DNA of 64,000 nucleotides from Asterias rubens (Eukaryota): NCBI RefSeq assembly GCF_902459465.1, contig NC_047083.1, positions 8,556,001 to 8,620,000 of the forward strand, read 5' to 3'. Shown piece by piece: positions 11,854 to 22,988 of this stretch (position 1 is its first letter; each line of letters starts with the position of its first letter). The notes under the pieces were generated by a model. It saw only the letters and a program-made list of their open reading frames with translations, ran no database searches and was not told where the DNA came from. The position numbers and the translations under genes were made by a program.

Positions 11854-13270
11854 GCGGCACAGCCATGATCTGAACACCACCTAGTCTTGGCCCAAGACGT
11901 CAGTGATCGATAGTGGATAATCTATGCTTAGTTTTAAATCGCTACAGGGCGCCCTCTTTCGGCGGGATTTGACCAACGAGCCAGTCCAGTTGGTTCAATT
12001 CATATCACAAAGATTCCTCTATTCATTTACTATAATAATTATGCTATTTTATTCTTTGAATTGCAATTTTTGTTAAAAGCACACATTAACCTTGTGTGCC
12101 GCTTGTGGGGTCCTACTATTAATTGTTTTTTCTACTGTTCCCTTTTCTAGAACTTTTCTGGCTGTGGTTTAAGTTGAACAACGAAAAACTTTATTCGGGT
12201 CTAGTGTTGCATTGTGCACTAAGGTTTGTGGGGTACTGCTATTAAATGTTGTTTAATTATTTCCCTTTTCTGTAGAATTCCTCGGTGTGGGGCCAATGTA
12301 ACTTTCCTGCAATGACTTATGAATGGCAGAAAAAACAACCGAACTTTAAAATGATCAGTTTTCTTATGATTTGATTTGATTTAATTCACATAGTATTGCT
12401 ATTACTTGATTGATTGGAAACTGACACAAAGACTTTGCCAATTTCTTTAGCTCCAACCTTTGTAACGAGGTATTCATAGTTTCTTTTCGTTCCTGTCGTT
12501 TTAAGATGTCTTTGGGTCTTTCAAAGAATAAATGTTACTCCTCATTATAAGCAAAAAATCATGTTTGCCAATGAATTATTAGCAGTAAATTTTGACCACG
12601 AGAGGGCGTGTGTAAAACAAATTTTACCGGATGTCCAACACTAGTAAATCGAACTGTTTTGTTACAATTGGTGTTATTGTTGTATACTTTTTTTCTTTTT
12701 CTGGTCATCGATACCCCTAAAACAACATTATAAGCAGTCAAAACAAGACTAAACTGCAATATTGGGTGCGTTCGATAAGCTTCCCTGGGTCGACCCCGGT
12801 CTGCCCCCGACTCGCTTTGACGTCATTCCATGGGCTCATCCAGGTCAGCCCCCAGTGCCCTGCATGTGGAGTGGGTCACTTGGGGGCTGGCCCCATGTGC
12901 ATGACGTCACTACTAGAGCGGTGACTGATCATTCGTTTAACTCTTGTCAGGGGCTCACCCAAGTGAGCACCGCGGGTAGACCCAGGGAAGCTAATCGAAC
13001 GCAATCATTGTTGTGTTGAAAACGCCCTCACGCGGTCAGAGCACTGAAGTCACTTGTGTCATGAATTCGTTAAATAATTTTATTAATTAGCACTTCGCAT
13101 GAAATTATGCTAATTACATTCACGCATGCCTACAGACATTTTGGTTAGCAAACTCCTTCAGCCATTATTTTTGTCAATAGTTATGTTTTACCAGGTATGA
13201 ACAATAAATGAAAACAATTCCTGTCTCTGTCATCATTATGCTTTTACCTTGTCGCTACTCAATAATTTAA

Positions 13271-13306
13271 GTTTGTTTGTTTGTTTGTTTGTTTGTTTGT
13301 TTGTTT
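13271..13306. repeat. (GTTT)n microsatellite
   Basis: Direct inspection; a longer (GTTT)n array is at about 61578-61661. Confidence 0.9.
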
Positions 13307-14799
13307 TTTTGTTTATTTCCAAATATCACAATCATAAAGTTATAAAACATACATGCATTAGGTACAAAGGGTGATGGAGTGGATAGCACCATGAATAAGC
13401 ACAGGCTTACACCGAGTCAAAGGGTGAATTCCACAAAGAGTTAAAGGCAGTGGACACTGTTGATAATTGCCAAACACCAGTCTCCTCGCTGTATCTCAAC
13501 ATATGCATGATATAACAAACCTGTGAAAATTTGAGCTCGATTGGTCGTCGAAGTTGCGAGATAACTATGAAAGTAGAAAAAAAACTCTGTCACATGAAGT
13601 TGTGTGCTTTCAGATGCTTGGTTTTGGGACCTTAATTCTAAATCTGAGGTCTCGAAATCAAATTCGTCGAAAATAACTTCTTTCTCGAAAACTACGTCAC
13701 TTCAGAGGGAGCCGTTTCTCACAATGTTTTATACTATCAACCTCTCCCCATTACTCATTACCAAGTAACGTTTTATGCTAATAATTCTTTTGAGTAATTA
13801 CCAATAGTGTCCATTGCCTTTAATGAATGGGAATAAAACTCGGGCTTCGGGCTGTTTATTTGCAATAAATAGTCGTGGTGCAGTTGACAACTTTGACCGA
13901 ACAATTTTATAATTGACCCCTGGTTTTGTCCAAAAAGTTAAAGCCATTGGACACTTTCGGTAAACAGTATCGCCCAAGGCCCACACTTCGTGTATCACAA
14001 CTTATATATAAAATAACAAACCTGTGAAAATTTAGGCTCAATCGGTCATCGGAGTCGGGAGAAAATAACGGGGAAACCCACCCAATTTCCGCACGTATCG
14101 CCGTGTCATGACATGTGTTTAAAATAAATCTGTAATTCTCGATAACGAGAAGTTATAATTGTTTTAATGCTTTCCCAAAAAGTAAAGCATTTCATGGAAT
14201 AATATTTCAAGAGAAGTCTTTCACCATCACCTTGTTTAAACCCTGTAAATTATTTGTAAATCTGTGATTTTTGTTCTTCTTTTTCTGTCCCGAAAGTGTA
14301 TAACGGCTTTAACGAAACATGCACAACTATTACAAAGGGCTGAAAATTTCCTCTTTCCGTTCACCCGAGTTTGTACGATGTTCTGTTTAGAAAACAGAGT
14401 TTAAAAAACAACATTTTGTAAAGAAGATCATTATAATCTCATCTGTAACTACTTTATGTGATATACATAAAAACCATCTGTGATGCAGAAACTAACACAA
14501 TGAATCAATAATAATTCCCGGGTGAAACCTTTTATACGGGTCGATTTTGTCACATCAGTTTAACCAACATGATTTATGTTTACATTGATATCAATGCTTG
14601 TTTTGTTTTTTACACCAAGTAGGTTAGTTGAAACCTTATTTGCCCAGAAAACACGTCATTTCTTGTGCCTTTCGTTTACATGTATAAACACTAGTAGTAT
14701 TCTTATTTGATGTAGGGCCTATCCCAACATTTATAAAACAAAATAAATCTGTGAACATTTTGCATGAAGTAACAAAATCTGTGAAAATGTTGACTCAAT

Positions 14800-15424
14800 A
14801 TTTGGCCATTTGCATAAGATTGGGTGGCAGGCCCACACTTTACACATGTAACTATCACTGATATCATTTACATACAAGCTTCTAATTGGTGGAAAGCCAC
14901 ATTACTGCGTCATATCATTTGTATGAGATCGTGTGACAGTCCCACACTTTTAACACATGTCACTATCACTATAGAAAACACACTTTTAATTGGTGGAAAG
15001 CAACATGACTGCGTCATGTAATTTGCATATTGTTTATTGGTTATTCCTTAAAAACATTGTTTGTACTCTGTTTTCATGAAGTATGGAAATAAATATCAGT
15101 TTGAATGAATGAATGAATGAAGATCATGTGACAGGCCCGACACTATTAACACATGTCACTGTCACTGATAACAAACACGCTTCTGATTGGTCGAATGAGT
15201 CATTACTGCGTCAAATTATTTGCATAAGATCGGGTGACAGGCCCATGCTTTTAACAGTGTCACTGTCACTTATATCATTCACACGCTTTTGATTGGTTGA
15301 ATGGGCCATTTCTGTGTCAAATCATTTGCATACGAGCGCGTGACAAGACCACCTGTTCTGTTAATTGAGCCGGCAAAGTGGTGCTTACTTTGAAATGCAA
15401 CCCGTCAACGAAAAGTATATAATA
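14800..15424 (+). promoter_or_regulatory. Kunitz gene B promoter: four tandem ~105-bp CCAAT/TGCGTCA/octamer modules plus TATA
   Basis: ATTTGCAT at 14808, 15021, 15218 and 15324 (variant ATTTGTAT near 14917); TATATAATA at 15416. Exon 1, homologous to that of gene A (CATCTG(C/A)CGAAGCTA), ends at a donor at 15508. Confidence 0.65.
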
Positions 15425-16103
15425 GTCATCTTAACTCTGGCTTGAAACCATTCATCTGACGAAGCTATCAATTGAACCGAGAAGTTTTCTCCGACATCTA
15501 GAAAAAGGTACAGTAAAATTTATTTATTTTTGTACGGTGTGGTGCAGGCCGTGGTGCACATCCCTGTGCGGTGTTGTTGTCACTAGTGTGGTCTACTGCA
15601 TACGACTCGAGCTCTAGACACAATTTTGTAAAGCTTGTAAGCACATACACTTGCTAAGCACAAAACACTCTTGCTTAGCACTTGGTTACCAGCCAGAGCA
15701 CCATACAACTACCGTTGCTACGACTGGTACCCATAACTTGCTTAGCCAACAAACTGTCTGGAACCAAGTGGCATGTCAGACAACACGACAATACATGGTC
15801 GTTCTTGATATTCATTCCAATGATTTACCAGAATAATCTCACGGACCCTGGAAATAGAGTCAACTACGAAATGGCCCTCTCTTCAGAAAAGGTCTGATTT
15901 TTGTAATAGGCCCTAAGTGGAACAAATGAAAGTCCGCATGCTCAAAAAGATACAATTTTATTATCAATGATCAGCAATGAAAGTCTGCACGCTCAACAAT
16001 TTGTACAATATAAAGCCATGCAAGTCTGCACGCTCAACTAGTTGTACAATAAATAATTAATACGAAGCAATTCTCATTATTTAAAAGTAATAATTATTGC
16101 AAC

Positions 16104-16330
16104 TTACTGGAACTCCAATGAAATGATGCTAGGTTTCATCGGCTGTGGCATGGAGCTATATGTCATAAGATTCATTGGCGGAACATAAACATAAGTCAAC
16201 TCAAAATTGCTAACCAAAATAACAGAAAGAACGAAGGACTCAAAACACGTCTTGCCGCTGTCGCTTCTTGTGCAGGAATGATTTGAGACAAGCGCTGCCA
16301 ATGCTGGATAGCTCCGCGCCACATCCTTAA
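16104..16330 (-). pseudogene. Possible decayed LINE apurinic endonuclease fragment
   Basis: ALAALVSNHSCTRSDSGKTCFESFVLSV..LTYVYVPP resembles the GGVAxxV..xExLWxxL..YxPP stretch of APE domains; weak recalled similarity only. Confidence 0.3.
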
Positions 16331-17423
16331 CGCCTCAGCGAACTGCAAGTATTCTTTATAAATTCTGAGAGTTGCGTACAGGAATTCGATGAATTAAAGT
16401 AACTACCTATTCAATTGACTGGGTATTACAAAGTCTGTTGGTTACACTGTCTATGCAGAATGTATAGCTTTATGAAATTGGACCAATTATTTTTGTTAAA
16501 ATACCAGAGTGTGTGTTTGAATCCTGATCACGACACTCCCTGCTCTTGAGCAAGGCATATAACCATAATTGCTTCTCTTAACACAGGTTTATCAAAGGGC
16601 ACCAGAGGGCTTCTGAGACAGTATTGTGTTGGCAAAGTAAACAACATTTGATTAGTAGGATTTGAAACTTTGCATGGTGGGAGCATACTGATCGAAACGT
16701 CGAGTTAATCCAACGGTTCTTTTCAGAACCACCCCAACTCATTTAGAGATTGTTATTACATGGTGTTACCGCAAACTTTTCTATAACATTTGATTACAAA
16801 CACCCTGTTGACATTAGTCCGGTGTCTTCATATCTATGGGTGCGTTCGTTAACTTCCCTGGGTCGACCCCGCGGTGCTCACTCGGGTGAGCCCCCGACAA
16901 GAGCTAATCGAACGATCACTCACCCTCGCCTCTCGTGGTGACGTCATGCACCTCGGGCCAGCCCCAAGTGATCCGTTCCTCAAGCAGGGGCTGACCCGGG
17001 TGAGCCCCTGGATGGCGTCGAAGCTATTCGAACGTACCGGGGGCAGACCAGGGTCGACCCAGGGGAAGCTAATCGAACGCACCCATTGAAGGCAATACTA
17101 GGTTTTTGAAACAGCACTTTATCACACCCCGTTATGGGTGTATCAAAGCACTCGGTATTATTTCCTTGATGAAGGTATGTGGAGCTATGTCTTGCATGAA
17201 GTATGATAACTATTCCTTTATGGCATCAGTATTAGTGGTTTACAATGTGCTGTGGCGCAATATGTTGCCACAAACCAGGAACACCGGGGCGAACCCCTTT
17301 TCTGTTCGATATTTGCCTTGGCTTATACGTCAATCCGAAGGGTGCGGATGTTTGAAAATCTGAATGTTTGACATTAATTTAACTTTCTTTTACCATTAAC
17401 TGCAGGAAAGGATAGCAAACAAC

Positions 17424-20400
17424 ATGGATACCTTATGTGCAACCCTTGCCATGTTCTTGGCCGTGGCTCTAGTCTCCGATGCAACGGAAACTGGTCAGTT
17501 CATACAAAAACAAATATTCAAACTGGTTAAAGGAACACGTTGCCTTGGATCGGACGAGTTGGTCTTTGAAAAGCGTTTGTAACCGTTTGTTATAAAATGC
17601 ATATGGTTGGAAAGATATTTTAAAAGTAGAATATAATGATCCGCACAAGTATCACTCAAAATGGCGTGGTTTTCCTTTTACCTCGTCGACTAACACGGTC
17701 GGCCATTTATGGGCGTCAAATGTTTGACTCCCAATGGCCGACCGTGTTAGTTCGTTAGTTCGCAAAGTAAAAGGAAAACCACGCAATTTCGAGGCAATTT
17801 TGTATGGATCATTGTATTCTACTTTTAAGACATCTTTCTAACCATAATGCATTCTAAAACAAACGGTTACAAACGCTTTTCAAAGACCAACTCGACCGAT
17901 CAAAGGCAACGTGTTCATTTAAATACGCAACTAAATCAAAAGCTAAATGTAGACTGAATGCACAACTTTTATCATTAGTACTTTCCAGTCGAGTGCCAGT
18001 CGAAAAACATAAAAAAACTATGTGCGGCCCAACGGCTGAGGTCCCAAACGAATTGACCTGGTTCGAGTCCCGTTGAGCATGACATAATTATTTCCGGGTC
18101 AAGTGACCCAGATAATACTAGGAAAGTGATTTTTCCTCAGATTTGTTCTTGTCAGTTTGAATCATTTATGGGTCATTTTGAAACAGATTCCCGGTTAAAC
18201 TTGCCCCAAATGGGCCAGGCCGAACTAATCCGGATCAGTTTTGACCCTGGAGTTTTAAAAGTGTACGTTCCGTTTACCTTACCTTTCTCGTTATGGGTTT
18301 TAGGAACTTGCGATCTGGAGTTAAAACGAGGGCCGTGTAGAGCTGGTTTTAATCGTTGGGGCTTCGCTGGCGGTAGATGCATCTTGTTCGCCTATGGTGG
18401 TTGCCAGGGAAACGCAAACAACTTTGAAACTGAACAGGATTGCAAGGATACATGTAAGGTTACTTAATTATAATTATCCACAATATAATAATATAATTAT
18501 ACACAGATGAAGCGCCAAAATGCAGCTAGATGAAACAAAAATCGTCTGCTCAGAAGACAATGGACACTATTGGTAAATGTCAAAGACCAGTCTTTTCACT
18601 TGGTGTATCTCAACATATGCATAAAATAACAAACCTGTGAAAATTTGAGCTTGACTGGTAGTCGGAGTTGCGAGATAACTATGAAAGAAAAAACACCCTT
18701 GTCACACAAAGTTGTGTGCTTTCAGATGCTTGATTTCGAGACCTCAAATTCTAAACTTGAGGTCTCGAAATCAAACTCGTGGAAAATAACTTCTTTCTCG
18801 AAAACTACGTCACTTCAGAGGGAGCCGTTTCTCACAATGTTTTATACTATCAACCTCTCCCCATTACTCGTTACCAAATGAGGTTTTATGCTGATAATTA
18901 TTTTGAGTAATTACCAATAGTGTCCACTGCCTTTAATAACACATACGTAATGTTCAAAAAGTCCTTATGTTTAATTCGTTAAAATTTCAGAAAAAATGTT
19001 CTACAAAAATGTTCTACTAACAATAATATACATGGGCTAAAGAAAGAGAGCGCCATCAGAAGTAGTGTGCACACAGAGTGCGTTCGTTTAGCTTCCCTGG
19101 GTCGACCCGGTGTGTGACGGGTTTTTATTTCTAGGACGAACGTGGGTTATTATCTGCACACGTTCGTCATGGGAAAAAGAAACCGCCACCCACCGGGGTC
19201 GACCTGGGGAAGCTAAACGAACGCACCCATTGTTTGCCATGTGGGGGACCGAATTTTCGGGGGGGGGGGGCGGTCGTGGCACCATAATCTCCTGCATGCC
19301 AGACCGGCGTTGTCTCGGCAATAATAATATTATGTGCATTATTTTATCAAACTACGTAAACAATGGAAACACCTTGTAAGTTTGCTGCCACCATTGATCT
19401 TAATTAAAATAGAGTGGCTGCCACGTTGTAAGTTTGCTGCCACCGTACCTAGCCCTACTCTGTACACACTGTAGTGCAATACGAAAGTGTAAGGCCGCCA
19501 GGGCTATGCTGCCACCTAGCGTTTCAAAGTCTCCTATTAATGTTATTGTAACTTTCCTCCCGTCTTTGGCAGGCGTCTGTGCTAAACCCAAAGATGAAGG
19601 TTCGTGCCGCATGGCCGAGGAACGATGGTATTTTGCTGATGGCGAATGCAGCACGTTCATATACGGTGGTTGTCAAGGCAACGCAAACAACTTTCATTCA
19701 TTGAAAGACTGCCAGGGTACCTGCTACGGTAAGCAGATTGTGAAATGTTATTGATCCATAACCAATCAAGTGATGTTAAAGAGCCAATAAAGGATAATCT
19801 CAAAAATGTAAACTACTACCTTTTTATGACCAAATAGACATCGCAGATACCGGTTAATAACTTACTCTCAAAATTTGCATTTAGTAATAAATATCTCGAG
19901 TCAAAAATGCACCCGGTCGCGCGGCTTTTTCAGCCGAGAGACAAAAACGGCTTATCTATTATAATGACCCTGGACGCCAGTGACGAATTTCCCCTATTGG
20001 TTTTGAACATAGTTCTCCAACTTTGGCAAACTGAGGCTGCTATTTTCCACACCAAATAGCCGCCACGTACGTCACGATTCCTTTGTCGTGTGGGTTTGTT
20101 TGACCCCACGTGTTTCAGAAATTTGGCTTGGAGCGTTCTGGAGAAAACCCATTTTTACCATGTTTTAACGTGAGGTAAGAGACTCGTTATATGTTTTATG
20201 TTTCCTGGATGGGCTGCAGCTGTTAGACAACTGTAATATCTATGAGACCATCCTTTATTGGCTGTTTAATTGACGCATGTTCAGGCCTGTTTATTATGCG
20301 TTGTTTTTGAAAGGAAGGGCACCAAGGCAATTTCTCTTTATAAAGGCCTCTGTTGCCTCTGTCGAGCATAGTCGGGCAAAAGCCGGGATTCCATGGTGTG

Positions 20401-20799
20401 CGTTGGTAAATGAAAACACAACTGATGTAGGTCTACTGCTTTCCGTAAAGACTAAGTCGTTAGTGGTCTAACGCACAGCGAATGAATCATCATGGTGTTG
20501 TATGGGAACACCAACAGACATAAATCAATTTAGATTAAAGGCACTGCGCTCTTTATGTCTGCGTGAGTATCTTGTAAGTCTGCTGCCACCCAGTGTTTGA
20601 AAGTCTCATAATTGTACTTTTCTTCCCATCTTTAACAGACACGTGCGACCAACCCGCCAAAGATGCAGGACCATGCCGCATGGCTAAGAAACGATGGTCT
20701 TTCTCAGAGGGCGTGTGCACCGAGTTCATATACGGCGGTTGCGGTGGCAACTCAAACAACTTTGAGAGCTTTGAAGATTGCCAGGATACCTGCTCTTAG
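17424..20799 (+). CDS. Secreted Kunitz/BPTI-type inhibitor gene B with three Kunitz exons (isoform structure uncertain)
   Basis: Signal exon 17424-17493 MDTLCATLAMFLAVALVSDATET (phase 1). K2 exon 18304-18453 or 18467: GTCDLELKRGPCRAGFNRWGFAGGRCILFAYGGCQGNANNFETEQDCKDTC. K3 exon 19573-19728: GVCAKPKDEGSCRMAEERWYFADGECSTFIYGGCQGNANNFHSLKDCQGTCY. K4 exon 20639-20799: DTCDQPAKDAGPCRMAKKRWSFSEGVCTEFIYGGCGGNSNNFESFEDCQDTCS*. All acceptors are phase 1. Confidence 0.85.
17532..17918. mobile_element. Third TTAA-flanked MITE (AGGAACACGTTGCC termini)
   Basis: TTAA|AGGAACACGTTGCCTT..AAGGCAACGTGTTCAT|TTAA inside the intron after the gene B signal exon. Confidence 0.65.
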
Positions 20800-21039
20800 C
20801 TTGAACATCTGACGCCACACTTCAAGGCTCGCGAATCATACGCCACAGAGTGTGGCCTCCTCTATATAGCCTAGGTCGATTCCCGTTCATCTTCACCTTT
20901 CACCTATATAGATTAATATGCAGACGACCGCAAGTGCAGCTGCCAAAATGTCTCGGGCCAATCAAAAAACAGATTTAGAAAGCTTACGTCACTTCTCGTT
21001 TATCCATGTTAAAATGATTATCCAATGAAATCACTGGTT

Positions 21040-21570
21040 CTGAAAAGCAAGTACCTGTCTTTAGGGGACCAGTCTAACCTGCTCTTACAAACCAAAATGT
21101 GCTCTAATGACTTTACCGTCTCGTCCAGACAGTGCGGCGGGGACCAGACATCTTTCCAAGAAGCAGTCTAATAGTATACGACAGAACTCTGCTTAGTACG
21201 GTTTAAGTATACGTAGTTAATAGTCTCGACACGGTTTAAAGACTTGCTCTCCATCCTTCAAATAAAGGCAACTGGTGATAACTTGTAACGAATAGGCCTA
21301 AGTTTGTCCAGCTGCGAAAATAAAAATAACAAGGAGTTTTCGAAATCACGGCTTGACTTCCTTGGGCTCCCTCCCCCGTTAAAAACTTCCAGAGGAGCCT
21401 TAAGATGGACCAAGCCCAAGCAGTGGTTTCGAAGGGACATTCCTGGGCCCTGACCCCCACCCCCACCTCTATAATGGAATGGTCCAGTTTGGGAAATCAA
21501 TGACTCCCGTCTTCCTTGGAGTTCAGCCAAAATCCTTTTCGCTTTGATCATGCGCATTGGGACAAGCAAT
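21040..21570 (-). pseudogene. Possible decayed C-terminus of a non-LTR retrotransposon ORF
   Basis: Interrupted minus-strand frames give LNRTKQSSVV..RLLLG..SPPHCLDETVKSLEHILVC, reminiscent of the C-terminal RLRxG..C..ExxEHILxxC zinc knuckle; several stops and frameshifts. Confidence 0.25.
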
Positions 21571-22988
21571 AGGCTACCGATGATGTAATGACGGCTTCGG
21601 CATTACGGCTTTGGCCTCATCATCAAAAGGACCCATAACGTTGTTAGTGTGGCAGTCAATGGCCTTTTAGTTAGCCGTGTAGCATTCAAGTCATTCTTTA
21701 TCAGCAAACACTATTTTCACCCCACTACCAGAAGTAGGTCACCCTGTGACCCAGAAATGCATGAGTCCGGCCCCCTGAATCCGCCGGCTAAATTCTGACC
21801 CGAAAGTTTTCCAGAGAGACGAAATAAATCGCCAACTGCCGTTATGTCTTTTAGTTCTTATGTTTGTTTTATTCCTTTAGATATTAAGTTAGTTATTTTT
21901 CTCACCCTTTCACAATGCAGCTTTAGTTGTCTATTTAGTCGAATAAATTTTAAGCAATCAAAACCAGAAGAATTTGTTGTCTGCTCTGTTGTTGTTGACT
22001 ACTCAATATTATTTTTGCCCTTTTTACTTCAACTTTGTTTACCCAAACCCCTGCGGCAGTCTACCCGCTCAGTACTTTGGTGTTTAGAGTGGGTACATCC
22101 GTTGGTGAGGTATTAATGTTTGCCGGTAACACGTACCCTGATTACTTCGCTGTGTAAATTTTGGTTCTTTTATGATGAGAGCTAGTCTTGCTATTAAATT
22201 GTATGACAGACCCCCGCCTTACAGTTTGTTTCAAGTTTTGTGATCTTTTTCGTCGCCAGCTACCGCCCCCCCCCCCCCCCCATCCCGATCCCCTCGAAAA
22301 TTGCGGTATTTTATAGGCCACGCATGTACGTCGGATTTAACTTTGAATATCCAGGCCATGAAGGCCGTGTAAAAATGATGTGAGGCCAAAATATGGACGT
22401 ACTGTGGGCTCGATCAACAGAAGCACGATGTGAGCCGTCAGATGTTCTGGCCCCTCGCCCCGCCCCCTTCCCCCTAAAAATTTAATCAACAGCGCCCTCT
22501 CTCAGATGCTTGAAAAGCCCCTCTGTTGTTGAGGCACGTCAATTCTGTTTTTGTTTTATTGTTTTAATTAAAAAGAATACAAAATAATGTCCTTGTTTAG
22601 TGTATACTTTAGTGCATACTTTTAACTTAAAGATACTAACATTTATAACACCAACAATAAAACCACATAAAAATAGCCATGTCAGTGAGTTGTTGATGAT
22701 AACGGGCCCGGAATAAAGGTTGTTATGACGACCAGTCAACAGTGGACATCCAGCAGCTAGCTAGGCGCACAGTCAGTGCATTGTTTACGCTGTGCATTTT
22801 GCATGAGCATGCATACGTCGTGCGTGTTTTTATGTGTGAGACAGATACAATCGTGAGTTCGTTTTTGAAGAAGAGGTGCCTGCTGCTAATTAAACCACAA
22901 ACAGATTTAGTTAACTGTTAAGTGACCAAGAAGACAGGAACATAATCAACATTGAGATATTAATTAAAAGACAGGTTCAAGTTCAACA

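Noticed and set aside
19434-19572. Apparent hydrophobic leader (PINVIVTFLPSLAG) in frame with Kunitz K3
   Set aside because: It is the polypyrimidine tract and acceptor, homologous to the intron end before K4; the same applies to the false N-termini of ORFs 11671, 18126 and 20593.
22780-22795. TGTTTAC forkhead (FOXJ1-type) site upstream of ciliary PIFO
   Set aside because: A 7-mer expected by chance in AT-rich DNA, and I found no RFX X-box to support it.
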